A stretch of DNA of 32,000 nt from Allobaculum fili. Its GTDB lineage: Bacteria > Bacillota_I > Bacilli_A > Erysipelotrichales > Erysipelotrichaceae. Below the pieces are notes generated by a model. It searched no databases and was not told the DNA's origin. It saw only the letters and a list, made by a program, of their open reading frames with translations. Both the position numbers and the translations under genes were made by a program. Below, piece after piece: positions 8,358-18,021 of this stretch; within the stretch, counting starts at the first letter, position 1, and the number at the start of each line of letters is the position of its first letter. Location: assembly GCF_020969955.1 (NCBI RefSeq), contig NZ_JAHDSX010000023.1:6748-38747 (forward strand). Direction: 5' to 3'.

Positions 8358-9199
8358 TCGATCCACCCCTGCGCTTTCATCCAGGTGGCAATGCCGCCTT
8401 CTTCGACGGGCGGGGTATGGGCCGGATAGCGATCGAGCGCGGTCTGTTCGCCTTCGGCCATGGCCACCGGACAGGCGGCGTTGTCGAGCATGTCGAGATC
8501 GTTGAAGGAATCGCCAAAGGCCGCATAGGCGTGCTCGGGCAGATTCCAGTGCTTCATGAGCCGGGAAATGCCTTCAAACTTGGATAGATCGTCGCGGGAA
8601 ATGTCTGCGGAATATTTCGTATAGTGCACGAACAGACCATCCAGAGCGTCCAGCTCCTTTCGCAGGGCAAGCGGATCGGGCACGCACATGGAAATTACGC
8701 TCAGGGACTGCTCGGGAGTCCACGCGTGACGCGGCAGTACGGGCGTATGGATGGAGTCGAGTTTTGGCTGATAATACTTTGCGTTATCAAAGACGAACGC
8801 CTGGCTTCCGGAAACGAAAAATCCGGCATCATGTTTTCGCCCGGTCTCGATCAGCGCTTCGATCGTATGCGGATCAAGCGTCTTGCAGAAGAGAACGTTC
8901 TGATTTTCGTCATAGACGCAGGCGCCGTTTCCAGCGACAACCCCGTCCCACAGTCCGTTCTGGGGCCCGAGCAGGATTTCGGAAAGCTCAAGCGAGCGGG
9001 CGGTGCACAGCGCGCAGAACACCCCCTGTTTTCTCAGTTTCTGGACCATCTCCAGATAGCCTTCGGGAATACGGCCCAGACGATGGCTGAAAAACGTGTC
9101 GTCAATATCAAAGAAGACGGCGCGCACATCTGCGGGAATTTTGCGCTGGGAAGAATCGGGTACAGACAGAGAATTGAAATCGGGATTTGGACGGGTCAT
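8354..9199 (-). CDS. Cof-type HAD-IIB family hydrolase (sugar-phosphate phosphatase-like)
   Basis: RBS AAAAAGGAGG upstream. HAD motif I FFDIDDTFF and C-terminal AFGDSFNDLDML. Confidence 0.85.
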   Translation of the reverse strand: MTRPNPDFNSLSVPDSSQRKIPADVRAVFFDIDDTFFSHRLGRIPEGYLEMVQKLRKQGVFCALCTARSLELSEILLGPQNGLWDGVVAGNGACVYDENQNVLFCKTLDPHTIEALIETGRKHDAGFFVSGSQAFVFDNAKYYQPKLDSIHTPVLPRHAWTPEQSLSVISMCVPDPLALRKELDALDGLFVHYTKYSADISRDDLSKFEGISRLMKHWNLPEHAYAAFGDSFNDLDMLDNAACPVAMAEGEQTALDRYPAHTPPVEEGGIATWMKAQGWIE

Positions 9200-9607
9200 A
9201 AACGAGGACCTCCTTTTTCATGGATTCGAATGGATGATTCGATTCTGATTTTTGTATAGATGGCTGTGGCCGAAAAAGGCGGCAGGCCGCCTGCGTTTCG
9301 ACAAGCCGATCTAACGATAGAAAAAGCGTACCGGAATACGCACGCAAACCAAAACGCTTGGGTTCAAAAGAATCCAGAAACCGACGCATTCCCAGACAGG
9401 ATCTTTCAAACGAGGCCTTTCGAGGAAAAACTCTGCGATTGAACAGGCAATGGCGCCAGAGTGGGGCAGGGAGCGGATTAAACTGAAACCAGTAAGAAAA
9501 AATCGGGAAGTGAAACACGCGATCCGAGCGGATTCCCGAAACAAAGTCCGGCAGCGTGACCTGCGCAAGAGAGAAGGCTATAGCCGGAGGAAGGAAGAAA
9601 ATTCACA

Positions 9608-10453
9608 ATGGCAATTTATAAGTGTGCCCCGCAGTCGGTTGTGGAATCGAGTGCAGCCAAGGACGCAAGACTGCTGAGCGTCAGCCGTCAGAATCTGGAT
9701 GAACAGGCCTTTTTCCTGTTTTCCGGTACGCCGGAAACGTCTTCGATTCTCGTGAATACCGAGCTGGCGGGTCTTTCCGTTTACGACTGGTATTCCCGCC
9801 AGGACGAAAAGACGCTGGGCAAGAAGTCCAGACCGTATTTGTATGTCCCGTTTGAAATCGAAAAAATCAGCGCGCCCCAGGACGGCTCGGTCATCATCAA
9901 CAACGAAGAAAACGAAGCGATCGTCTATACGATGGAAGCGCCGGCTGAACAAGTGATCTATTTCAATAAGACAGAAGCCCTGAGTCTTCCGGGCGATCAC
10001 GCGGGTTTTGAACCGGCTTCCCTTCAGAACGATTTTCTGGCGTGGCCGACCGAGCCGGGCAGCGTGTTCGCGTTTAATCCGGGTCTGACTCTGGTCCTGA
10101 CCGCACCGGCGTTTGTGCTCATGTTCAGTTCGCTGCTTAAAGGCGACGGCACCCAGCCGAAAATCGCCGATGAGGGCAAGACGTTTTACGTGAAGGACGG
10201 TCAGGCGAAAAATTCGCTGATCGGCTACACGTCCGTTTTTAAAATCGATAAATGCGAACTCGACGGCTCGATCGTTCTTTCCACAACGGATGAGAGCTAT
10301 CAGATTCTGCTTCTGATCGGCGGCGAAGCCGTGATCAGCCAGAAAGACGAAGTCATTCACGCCCAGGCTGGCACAGCCGTTCTGATTCCGGCCAACGAAG
10401 AAAATGTGGTTGTGACCGGAAACGCGCAGTTTGTCAGCCTGCAGCTGCTCTAA
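9608..10453 (+). CDS. Hypothetical protein whose C-terminus resembles the beta-barrel tail of type I mannose-6-phosphate isomerases / cupins
   Basis: RBS GGAGGAAGGA lies 12 nt upstream and a strong terminator follows immediately. The C-terminus ILLLIGGEAVISQKDEVIHAQAGTAVLIPANEENVVVTG is cupin-like. No N-terminal PMI metal motifs were seen. The larger antisense ORF (9578-10693) looks like a shadow ORF. Confidence 0.6.
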   Translation: MAIYKCAPQSVVESSAAKDARLLSVSRQNLDEQAFFLFSGTPETSSILVNTELAGLSVYDWYSRQDEKTLGKKSRPYLYVPFEIEKISAPQDGSVIINNEENEAIVYTMEAPAEQVIYFNKTEALSLPGDHAGFEPASLQNDFLAWPTEPGSVFAFNPGLTLVLTAPAFVLMFSSLLKGDGTQPKIADEGKTFYVKDGQAKNSLIGYTSVFKIDKCELDGSIVLSTTDESYQILLLIGGEAVISQKDEVIHAQAGTAVLIPANEENVVVTGNAQFVSLQLL

Positions 10454-10516
10454 GACAAAAGCGTACAGGCAAGACGAGACGCCAAAGACGGCAACACTGG
10501 AAAACCGATGAAAAAG

Positions 10517-10545
10517 AAAAGGAACCCGCGCGGTTCCTTTTTCAC
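10517..10545 (+). terminator. Intrinsic terminator of the 9608-10453 gene
   Basis: AAAAGGAACC / GGTTCCTTTT form a stem around CGCGC, followed by a T-run (10517-10542). Confidence 0.8.
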
Positions 10546-10615
10546 AGGACGAAGGCCGAAAGCAGCGGACATATTCCGATGCGTACGATCGGGCAGGAGT
10601 CCTATGGGGAGCCGT

Positions 10616-10644
10616 TTGAGGAGATACGGCGGATTTTCTATAAT
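10616..10644 (+). promoter_or_regulatory. Candidate sigma-A promoter abutting the mutY start codon
   Basis: TTGAGG (10616-10621), a 17-nt spacer, then TATAAT (10639-10644). ATG at 10652 lies 7 nt after the -10 box. Confidence 0.35.
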
Positions 10645-10651
10645 GGGAGCC

Positions 10652-11713
10652 ATGAATCAGAATGCCCTGCTGGAATGGTACAAAAACAATCACCGCGAAC
10701 TTCCGTTTCGCTGCAACCGGGACCCGTATCGAATCTGGGTTTCCGAAATCATGGCGCAGCAGACCCGCATTGAGGCCATACTTGGCGCGTACGAGCGCTT
10801 TATGAACGCCTACGACTCCATCGAAAAGCTTGCCGACGCCGATGACGATGAATTGATGAAGCTCTGGCAGGGCCTGGGCTACTATTCGAGAGCTCGCAAT
10901 CTGAAAAAAGCGGCGCGGCTTTGCGTCGACTGCTATGACGGAAAGCTTCCAAAAACGAAGGCGGAACTGAAAGCTCTGCCGGGCATCGGCGACTATACCG
11001 CCGGCGCCATCGCATCGATTGCCTATGGCGAGCGCGTCAGTGCCATCGATGGAAACGTCATCCGCGTCTACGCCCGTTATTACGGCCTTGAAGACGATTT
11101 TTCGATCGCCAGAAACCGCAAAGGACTCGAAAAGCGCGTCCAGGCCGATCTGCCCGAAGAAAAATGGATGCCCTTATGGAATCAGGCGCTGATGGAACTG
11201 GGCGCTCTGATCTGTACGCCGAAAGCCGCGCGCTGTGCGGACTGTCCGCTTTATCCGGACTGCGTAAGCGGCCGCAGCGAAAATCCTCTGCGTCTTCCCG
11301 TTCCCAAGCAGAAAGCTGCAAGGCCGCAGGAAAAATTTACAGTGTACGTATGGTATGCGAAAGACGCGGACGGGTCGATCTGGATTCATCTGCGCAAGCG
11401 TCCGGCGTCGGGCCTGCTTGCGGGACTGTATCAGTTTGACGAAGAAAAGCCGGATCCCGTTTTGTCTGAACAGCCGCTTGGCGAACACCGCCATCTGTTC
11501 AGCCACCGCGAATGGTGCATGGAAGGCGTGCTTGTCGAAACGGAAAAACAGACGGATTTTCTGCGGCTGGAAAGCGCCTGCGCAAACTGCTCAATTCCTT
11601 CCGCTTTTCTTCCGTTTTTAAAACGCACGCTCAAAATTCTGAAAAAGGAAGATATCCCGCTTCATTTCGGAATGCACAGATCTCAGGAGGTCATACATGG
11701 AAAAACTGAATAA
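10652..11713 (+). CDS. mutY: A/G-specific adenine DNA glycosylase
   Basis: LLEWYKNNHRELPFR..DPYRIWVSEIMAQQTR (HhH-GPD), LPGIGDYTAGAI and a 4Fe-4S Cys cluster (C..C..C..C in ALICTPKAARCADCPLYPDC). The upstream part of the ORF (from 10508) contains the preceding terminator, so the start is taken at 10652 (alternative 10643). Confidence 0.88.
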   Translation: MNQNALLEWYKNNHRELPFRCNRDPYRIWVSEIMAQQTRIEAILGAYERFMNAYDSIEKLADADDDELMKLWQGLGYYSRARNLKKAARLCVDCYDGKLPKTKAELKALPGIGDYTAGAIASIAYGERVSAIDGNVIRVYARYYGLEDDFSIARNRKGLEKRVQADLPEEKWMPLWNQALMELGALICTPKAARCADCPLYPDCVSGRSENPLRLPVPKQKAARPQEKFTVYVWYAKDADGSIWIHLRKRPASGLLAGLYQFDEEKPDPVLSEQPLGEHRHLFSHREWCMEGVLVETEKQTDFLRLESACANCSIPSAFLPFLKRTLKILKKEDIPLHFGMHRSQEVIHGKTE

Positions 11714-12548
11714 GCCGATCCGAATGGTCGTCTGCGATCTGGATGGCACGCTGCTCTACAGCACGAAAAAAATTACGGATCGAAACAAGGACGCCATATG
11801 CGCGCTGCGAAATCGCGGCGTGAAATTTGGCATCTGCTCCGGCCGTTCGGCGGTGGCGCTCAAAACGATGCTCGCTTTGTGGGGGATCGATCAGGATGTG
11901 GATTTTGTGATCGGCTTTAACGGCGCGATGTATATGGATTCGGCGACCGGAAGCATCGAAGAAACCGACTGGCTGACGCCCGAAGCGATCGCGCCGGTCA
12001 TGGAATCTTTAAAAGGCTATCGTCTGGCGATGGCGGAATATCATGGAGACGGGCTGTATTCAACAGCCGACAATCCGATCGTACGCCAGATGGCCAGACG
12101 CAACCGGCTGAGCTTTCACAAAGTCAGACCCGACTGGCTGCTGCGAAACAGTCTGAAATTCATGGCCGTCGGCATGCCCTGGACCATTTCCCGCTATTTG
12201 AAAAGCGGCGAGCCGGCCCGCCTGAAAACCGCCCGCGTATTTCGCTCCGGACCGTTTTTGCTGGAATTTGTTCATCCGCAGCTTTCCAAGCTGGAAGGCG
12301 TCAAAAAGGCGTGCGAGCGCTTTGGCTGTTCGCTGGATGAAGTCGTGACGTTTGGCAATGACAATAACGATCTGGAAATGTTAGCGGGAACGGTCGGCGT
12401 GGCCATGGCCAATGCGCTGCCGGCCATAAAAGAAGCCGCGAAATACGTCACCGCCTCCAACCGGCACGACGGTACGGCGGTGTTCATGGAAAAGTACATT
12501 CTCACCCAGCCTCCCCTGCAGCCGGACAAGCCGGAGTCATCGAAATAA
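11697..12548 (+). CDS. Cof-type HAD-IIB family hydrolase (second copy in the window)
   Basis: RBS AGGAGG upstream. Carries [10 protein letters not shown] and [12 protein letters not shown]. It overlaps the mutY 3' end by 17 nt. Confidence 0.85.
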   Translation: MEKLNKPIRMVVCDLDGTLLYSTKKITDRNKDAICALRNRGVKFGICSGRSAVALKTMLALWGIDQDVDFVIGFNGAMYMDSATGSIEETDWLTPEAIAPVMESLKGYRLAMAEYHGDGLYSTADNPIVRQMARRNRLSFHKVRPDWLLRNSLKFMAVGMPWTISRYLKSGEPARLKTARVFRSGPFLLEFVHPQLSKLEGVKKACERFGCSLDEVVTFGNDNNDLEMLAGTVGVAMANALPAIKEAAKYVTASNRHDGTAVFMEKYILTQPPLQPDKPESSK

Positions 12549-12623
12549 ACCCCGTCTGGATCGAAACACGGAAGCAGACTGCACAATTCTGAATTGCCCA
12601 TGCAGGACTTCTTTCCTGAAGAT

Positions 12624-12649
12624 TTGGACATACACATTGGACATACACA
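12624..12649 (+). repeat. Perfect 13-bp tandem duplication TTGGACATACACA x2 upstream of luxS
   Basis: 12624-12636 and 12637-12649 are identical. The repeat ends 20 nt before the luxS ATG. Confidence 0.9.
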
Positions 12650-12669
12650 AAGGAATAAGGATTACTGTT

Positions 12670-13149
12670 ATGAAAAAGGAAGATACCATTGAAAGCTTTA
12701 CGCTCGATCACGACAAGGTGATCGCGCCTTACGTTCGGCTGATCGGCACCGAAACCGGTCCGAAAGGCGATGTCATTTCCAATTTTGACGTTCGTCTTAC
12801 GCAGCCAAACCTCGATTTTATCGACAACGCGTCGCTCCACACGCTTGAGCATCTGCTCGCCAAATACCTCCGTCCTCAGTTCGACGGCTATATCGACTGC
12901 TCGCCTTACGGATGCCGCACCGGCTTCCATCTGCTCGTCTGGGGCGAACCGACGAGCGAAGAAGCGGCCAGGGCGCTGAAAAAAGCGCTCGAACAGGTGA
13001 CGGAAACGACCATCGATCAGGTTCCGGGTCTGCACCGCAAGGAGTGCGGCAACTATAGGGAACATTCGCTTGAGGGCGCCAAAGCCTGGGCGACCCGCAT
13101 TCTCGCACAGGGCATTTCCAGCAACGCCTTCGAGCGCGAAGAAGTCTAG
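12670..13149 (+). CDS. luxS: S-ribosylhomocysteine lyase
   Basis: [19 protein letters not shown], the metal motif HTLEHLLA and [15 protein letters not shown] at 12670 gives the usual length of about 160 aa. Confidence 0.92.
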   Translation: MKKEDTIESFTLDHDKVIAPYVRLIGTETGPKGDVISNFDVRLTQPNLDFIDNASLHTLEHLLAKYLRPQFDGYIDCSPYGCRTGFHLLVWGEPTSEEAARALKKALEQVTETTIDQVPGLHRKECGNYREHSLEGAKAWATRILAQGISSNAFEREEV

Positions 13150-13193
13150 ACCCCGGCTTTCCGGAAAAACGAATAAGGAAAATCGAACAGAGA

Positions 13194-13260
13194 AAAAGGA
13201 AACGATTCCCTCGCACAGCCGTGTACAGGCAAAGCGGGTCCGTCGTTTCCTTTTTGTTTT
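13194..13260 (+). terminator. Probable luxS terminator (long-loop hairpin plus T-tract)
   Basis: AAAAAGGAAACGA (13194-13206) pairs with TCGTTTCCTTTTT (13243-13255), followed by GTTTT. Confidence 0.5.
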
Positions 13261-13291
13261 GTATGGCCCATTGGATGACGTAAGTTTTAAG

Positions 13292-13333
13292 CAGGAAAAG
13301 CCTGTCCGTTTCGAGCGCTCGAAACGGGCAGGC
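13292..13333 (-). terminator. Intrinsic terminator of the CAP-domain/repeat protein gene
   Basis: Perfect 34-nt palindrome GCCTGTCCGTTTCGAGC/GCTCGAAACGGGCAGGC (13300-13333), followed on the minus strand by TTTTCC. Confidence 0.75.
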
Positions 13334-13371
13334 GAGAGGTTTATCGAGAATACGGAAAAGCGAAAGACCGT

Positions 13372-14670
13372 TTAGTCCGCGAACGGAATGCCGTACCAGG
13401 CAATGCCTTCGTCTTTCCAGCCGTTAGCAGTCAGGAAGTCCTGTTCGCGCCTGCTGGCGGTGTAGTTATGGGAGCCGGCTTTCGCGTTTGGATTGTAGGC
13501 CCGGTAAAGCGGCTGCGCGTTTTCCGTATTTTCCGGAGAATACCAGCCGATCTTTTCGTCTTTCCATCCCTGCGTGATGAGGAAATTTCTTTCCTTTTCG
13601 CTCATCGTGTAGTGATGATCGCCCGCGTTTTCGTTGTAGAGACGATAAACCGGCTTGCCGCTGCTGGCGGCCAGCCAGCCGATGCCTTCATACCACCAGC
13701 CGGCTTCAATCAGCGCGTTGCGCTCTCTGAGCACGGCGGTATAGAAGTGTTCGCCGGAGTTTGGATTGTACATGCGAAACATGATCTGCGTGTTTTCCGG
13801 GGTCTTTGGAAGATAGGCACCCTCTACAGCGTTCTGCGCATACTGCTGCAGCTGCGCGCGGATCTGATCGGTCGTATAGACGGGTTCGCCGTTCGGGCTG
13901 TACTGGAAGACCTGACCAAAAACGGACCGGTATCCGGTACGGTTGTTTGTGCCGACCGCAAAACCGGTGACGGTATAGTCCTTGTTTACGATGTTCTGAT
14001 AGTGGCCGCCATTGGATGGCTTTTCCAGCGTGTACCAGCCGTAAAACGGATTCATGAACTGGCCAAGCGGAACGCCGGGGATCTGTCCCCAGCTCAGGTT
14101 TTCGCCCACACTAAAAAGACCGGTATGATCTTCGAGACTGCTGGACGCGTCGGCCTGCACCATGGAAATGGCCATCAGGGAATACGTTACGCCAAGAGCT
14201 GGAAGACCTTCCGAAGCCCGAATCTGGTTGCACTGATCAATATAGTCGAGCGCCATCCAGAAATGCGGAAGCGTGATGGTGTCGTTGGGATCATCCAGCG
14301 AGCCAAGCGTGTTTTCGAGACCGAAAGCCAGAATCGAGGCGGCTGCCGGCGACTGCGTCATGAAAAAGCCAAGAACGTCCAGGGCCATCGGGTCCTGATG
14401 CCGGTATGGTGCCAGCCACTGGGCGACCGTTTTTGAATCGTAGGGAACCGCGATATTGACGTGTGCGATTTCCGGGAGAATGTCTTCATCATACGGGGTA
14501 TACGCGTCGCTGCTGTCCAGGATGTATGTCTCGCTGCTTTCCTGCTGCATCGGCTGAAGTTCTGCGGATGCAGACTCTTCGCTTTCCTTAGCCATCACGC
14601 TGACGGGCGTGCTCGCGCCAAGAAGCCCGACAAGCGCAAGGACCAGAGCAGACTGGATTTTTTTCTTCAT
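13372..14670 (-). CDS. Secreted CAP/SCP (PR-1-like) domain protein with three C-terminal YR(L/M/A)YNPN..G.H.YT repeat modules
   Basis: ATG at 14670 is preceded by GGAGGAAAAG. Signal peptide MKKKIQSALVLALVGLLGASTPVSVMA. CAP-like elements GENLSWG .. GWYTLEK .. GGHYQNIV. The repeats are MFRMYNPNSGEHFYTA.., VYRLYNENAGDHHYTM.. and LYRAYNPNAKAGSHNYTA... Confidence 0.8.
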   Translation of the reverse strand: MKKKIQSALVLALVGLLGASTPVSVMAKESEESASAELQPMQQESSETYILDSSDAYTPYDEDILPEIAHVNIAVPYDSKTVAQWLAPYRHQDPMALDVLGFFMTQSPAAASILAFGLENTLGSLDDPNDTITLPHFWMALDYIDQCNQIRASEGLPALGVTYSLMAISMVQADASSSLEDHTGLFSVGENLSWGQIPGVPLGQFMNPFYGWYTLEKPSNGGHYQNIVNKDYTVTGFAVGTNNRTGYRSVFGQVFQYSPNGEPVYTTDQIRAQLQQYAQNAVEGAYLPKTPENTQIMFRMYNPNSGEHFYTAVLRERNALIEAGWWYEGIGWLAASSGKPVYRLYNENAGDHHYTMSEKERNFLITQGWKDEKIGWYSPENTENAQPLYRAYNPNAKAGSHNYTASRREQDFLTANGWKDEGIAWYGIPFAD

Positions 14671-15579
14671 CTTTTCCTCCTTGTTTCTGCACAGTAAATC
14701 CGACGCTTCTGCCATGCGGCGAGACCGGAAAAGCACATGCGGCCGCATTACGCCAGCCTCATGCCATACACGGTTTCTTCTGTGCAGACTGACCAGCCTA
14801 TTCTGACACGGATCGCGCCAAATCGAAAACCGCGTGGCATCGCGGCTTCGCATTAGAGAAAAGCATTTCTCGTCAGAACCGACGAAAAAACACTCCACCG
14901 GTTTAAAGGCAGACAGAAGAGAAAAAACAGGAATCGGATCACGCTCCTGGCGCATGTGAAAATTCCCTTCAGACCGATCCATTCGGATAAAGGATTTTTC
15001 CGATGTAAAACGTTTTCCGTGTACATTTGGAAAATCGGGTCCGCTTTCCGCAAAGACGATGGAAAGCTTTCTCGAAAAAATCTTCAAAAGCTCTGTGAAA
15101 ACGACAGGCTGTCCGGATCCCTTTCGACGACTGAAAAAAACAGTCGGAATCGAAGGGGGTCCGGGCAGAACCGGCCGCTCTTTTGAGAAGGAAGCATTCA
15201 GACTGGTATGACGTTCTCATCCCTTTGAGATGAAACGGGCCGAATGGCGGTATAGAAAAATGGAAAAAAGAAGAAACGGATGTATTAAAAAGCGCATGCA
15301 GGCTTTTTAAATACGCAAAAATAATGATCCGTAAAGAAGATTTCCAATATTTAACGGTGTATTTATGCTGAATAGCGTATGATACTTTTCATTCCTGCAA
15401 GCCGTGCTTTTCCTGTAGACTTTCTAGGAAAAATGCGAAAATTTCGGGGAAAAAGCCGGCAGGGAAAACCCGTACGGATCGGGTTTTCCGGCCGTATCCG
15501 CTTTCAATAAGCCATAGAGGTTCATGAGCGGCTATGATAGAATGAAATGAATTCGTATGAGATTTGAGAGGAGAAACAC

Positions 15580-18021
15580 ATGGCTCTTTTTGGAGGTCTG
15601 TTCTCTGAGGACGCTAGAGAACTGAAAAAACTGGAAAAAACAGCAGATCTCGTTCTTGCCCGCGAGCAGGAAATGAAGAATCTGTCTGATGATGAACTGA
15701 GACATAAAACCGATGAATACCGTGAACGTCTTGCCAAAGGCGAAACGCTTGATGATCTTCTGCCGGAAGCCTTCGCGACAGCCCGCGAAGCCGCCAGCCG
15801 CGTGATCGGTGAAAAGCCGTTCAAAGTGCAGGTTGAAGGTTCCATTGCGATGCATCGCGGCGACATTGCCGAGATGAAAACGGGTGAAGGTAAAACGCTG
15901 ACAGCCACTATGGCGGTTTACCTGAATGCCCTCGAAGGCAAAGGCGTTCATGTTATTACCGTCAATGAATACCTCGCCGGACGAGATGCGGCCTGGATGG
16001 GCGAAATTTACCGTTTCCTGGGTCTGACCGTCGGCGTAAACAAGCATGAAATGAGCGAAGCGCAGAAACGAGAAGCGTACAACTGCGACATTACGTACAC
16101 CACCAACTCCGAACTTGGATTTGACTACCTGCGCGACAACATGGCCCGCCGCGTCGAAGACCGCGTACAGCGCGGCCTGCACGTCGCCATCGTCGATGAG
16201 GTCGACTCCGTTCTGGTCGATGAAGCGAGAACCCCGCTGATTATTTCCGGGGGTTCGAAAGATACCGCAAACCTCTACATTGCGGCCGACCGCTTCGTAA
16301 AGACTCTGACCGCTCCGGAGTATGAATACGACAAGAAAACGAAGGAAAAGGAACTGCTTTCCGGCGACTACGACATCGATGAAAAAATCCGTCAGTGCAT
16401 TCTGACCGACAGCGGTGTAGAAAAAGCCGAAAAGTTCTTCAATGTACCGAACCTGTACGACCTGAACAATACCCAGCTCGTACACCACATCAACCAGGCG
16501 CTGCGTGCCAACTACATCATGACCAAGGACGTGGAATACGTAGTCAGCGATGATTCCGAAATCGTCATCGTCGACCAGTTCACCGGACGTACCATGCCGG
16601 GACGCGTATTCTCCGAAGGTCTGCACCAGGCCATCGAAGCGAAGGAAAACGTGCCGATTAAGGAAGAAACGTCTACCCTGGCTACGATTACCTACCAGAA
16701 CCTGTTCCGTCTGTACGACAAGCTGGCCGGCATGACCGGTACCGCCAAGACCGAGGAAGAGGAATTCTTAAGCACGTATAACATGCGCGTTATCGTCATC
16801 CCGACAAACCGTCCGATCGCCCGTCAGGACCTTCCGGACGAAATCTACGTGCACAAGAGCGATAAATACAAAGCGCTCGTTGCCAAAGTCAAGGAACTTT
16901 ACGAAAAGGGCCAGCCGGTTCTGGTCGGCACCATCGCCGTAGAAGTTTCCGAACTGCTTGACAAGATGCTCAATGACGAAGGCATTCCGCACGAAGTGCT
17001 GAACGCCAAAAACCACGCGCGCGAGGCGGAAATCATCGCCAAGGCCGGCCGTCCAAAATCCGTAACGATCGCCACCAACATGGCTGGCCGCGGTACCGAC
17101 ATCAAGCTGACTAAGGAAAGCCGCGAACTCGGCGGTCTGGCTGTTCTCGGTTCCGAGCGTCACGAATCCCGTCGTATCGACAACCAGCTGCGCGGCCGTT
17201 CCGGCCGTCAGGGCGACCCCGGATTCTCCCGCTTCTACGTTTCTCTCGAAGACGATCTGATGGTTCGCTTTGGTACCGACAAGCTCAAAAACCTGTTCTC
17301 TTCGCTGGGCGAAGGGCAGATTGAGTCCAAACAGGTTACCCGTTCGATTACAATGGCTCAGAAGAAGGTCGAAGGCTCGAACTTCGATACCCGTAAAAAC
17401 GTTCTGGACTACGATGACGTTCTGCGAAGACAGCGTGAAATCATTTACGACCAGAGAAACAAAGTTCTCGAATCCGACGACGTATCGGATATGGTCAGAC
17501 TGATGATGGAAAAAGTCATCGAGCAGACGCTCCAGGCGGACCTGTCGGATGAGCGCAAAGGCGAAGTCGACCTGCCGGAACTCGTCCGTTCCCTCGAAGT
17601 GCTCGGCCTGAAAGGCGATCGCGGCTTCCATGTCGAGGAGCTCGAAGGCAAGAACTTCAACGAACTCAAGGACTACATTTTCAACCGGGTATGGAAAGAA
17701 TTCGACGAAGAAATCGATCTCGTCCGTGAACCGTTCAAACGCTACGAAAAGGACATCGTTCTGGCCACCATCGACCGCAACTGGGTTGCGCACATCGACC
17801 TGATGGAAAAACTGCGCGCCGGCATCGGTCTGCGCAGCTACGCCCAGAACAACCCGCTGCAGCAGTACGTGCAGGAAGGCTTTGACATGTTCGAGGAAAT
17901 GAACCGTCGAATCGACCGCGAAATCGTTTCGAACCTTCTGAAATTCCGCGCGCCGAAACCGCAGCCGACGAACAAGGTCGAGCAGGTTCGGGAAGCCGCT
18001 AAAGAAAGAGTGCAGAAGTAA
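15580..18021 (+). CDS. secA: Preprotein translocase ATPase SecA
   Basis: RBS GAGAGGAG upstream. Walker A MKTGEGKTLTA, DEVDSVLVDEARTPLIISG and the whole-length SecA architecture (813 aa). No C-terminal Cys-rich zinc motif is visible. Confidence 0.97.
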   Translation: MALFGGLFSEDARELKKLEKTADLVLAREQEMKNLSDDELRHKTDEYRERLAKGETLDDLLPEAFATAREAASRVIGEKPFKVQVEGSIAMHRGDIAEMKTGEGKTLTATMAVYLNALEGKGVHVITVNEYLAGRDAAWMGEIYRFLGLTVGVNKHEMSEAQKREAYNCDITYTTNSELGFDYLRDNMARRVEDRVQRGLHVAIVDEVDSVLVDEARTPLIISGGSKDTANLYIAADRFVKTLTAPEYEYDKKTKEKELLSGDYDIDEKIRQCILTDSGVEKAEKFFNVPNLYDLNNTQLVHHINQALRANYIMTKDVEYVVSDDSEIVIVDQFTGRTMPGRVFSEGLHQAIEAKENVPIKEETSTLATITYQNLFRLYDKLAGMTGTAKTEEEEFLSTYNMRVIVIPTNRPIARQDLPDEIYVHKSDKYKALVAKVKELYEKGQPVLVGTIAVEVSELLDKMLNDEGIPHEVLNAKNHAREAEIIAKAGRPKSVTIATNMAGRGTDIKLTKESRELGGLAVLGSERHESRRIDNQLRGRSGRQGDPGFSRFYVSLEDDLMVRFGTDKLKNLFSSLGEGQIESKQVTRSITMAQKKVEGSNFDTRKNVLDYDDVLRRQREIIYDQRNKVLESDDVSDMVRLMMEKVIEQTLQADLSDERKGEVDLPELVRSLEVLGLKGDRGFHVEELEGKNFNELKDYIFNRVWKEFDEEIDLVREPFKRYEKDIVLATIDRNWVAHIDLMEKLRAGIGLRSYAQNNPLQQYVQEGFDMFEEMNRRIDREIVSNLLKFRAPKPQPTNKVEQVREAAKERVQK

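Noticed and set aside
10508-10651. The upstream start for mutY given by the ORF track (MKKKRNPRGSFF...).
   Set aside because: This stretch encodes the terminator hairpin of the preceding gene and is Arg-rich nonsense. The conserved MutY N-terminus begins at 10652.
14671-15087. A 139-codon in-frame N-terminal extension of the CAP/repeat protein (ORF track start at 15087).
   Set aside because: A perfect GGAGG RBS and a textbook signal peptide begin at 14670. The extension is Arg/Cys/Phe-rich and not protein-like. I kept it only as an oddity in the findings.
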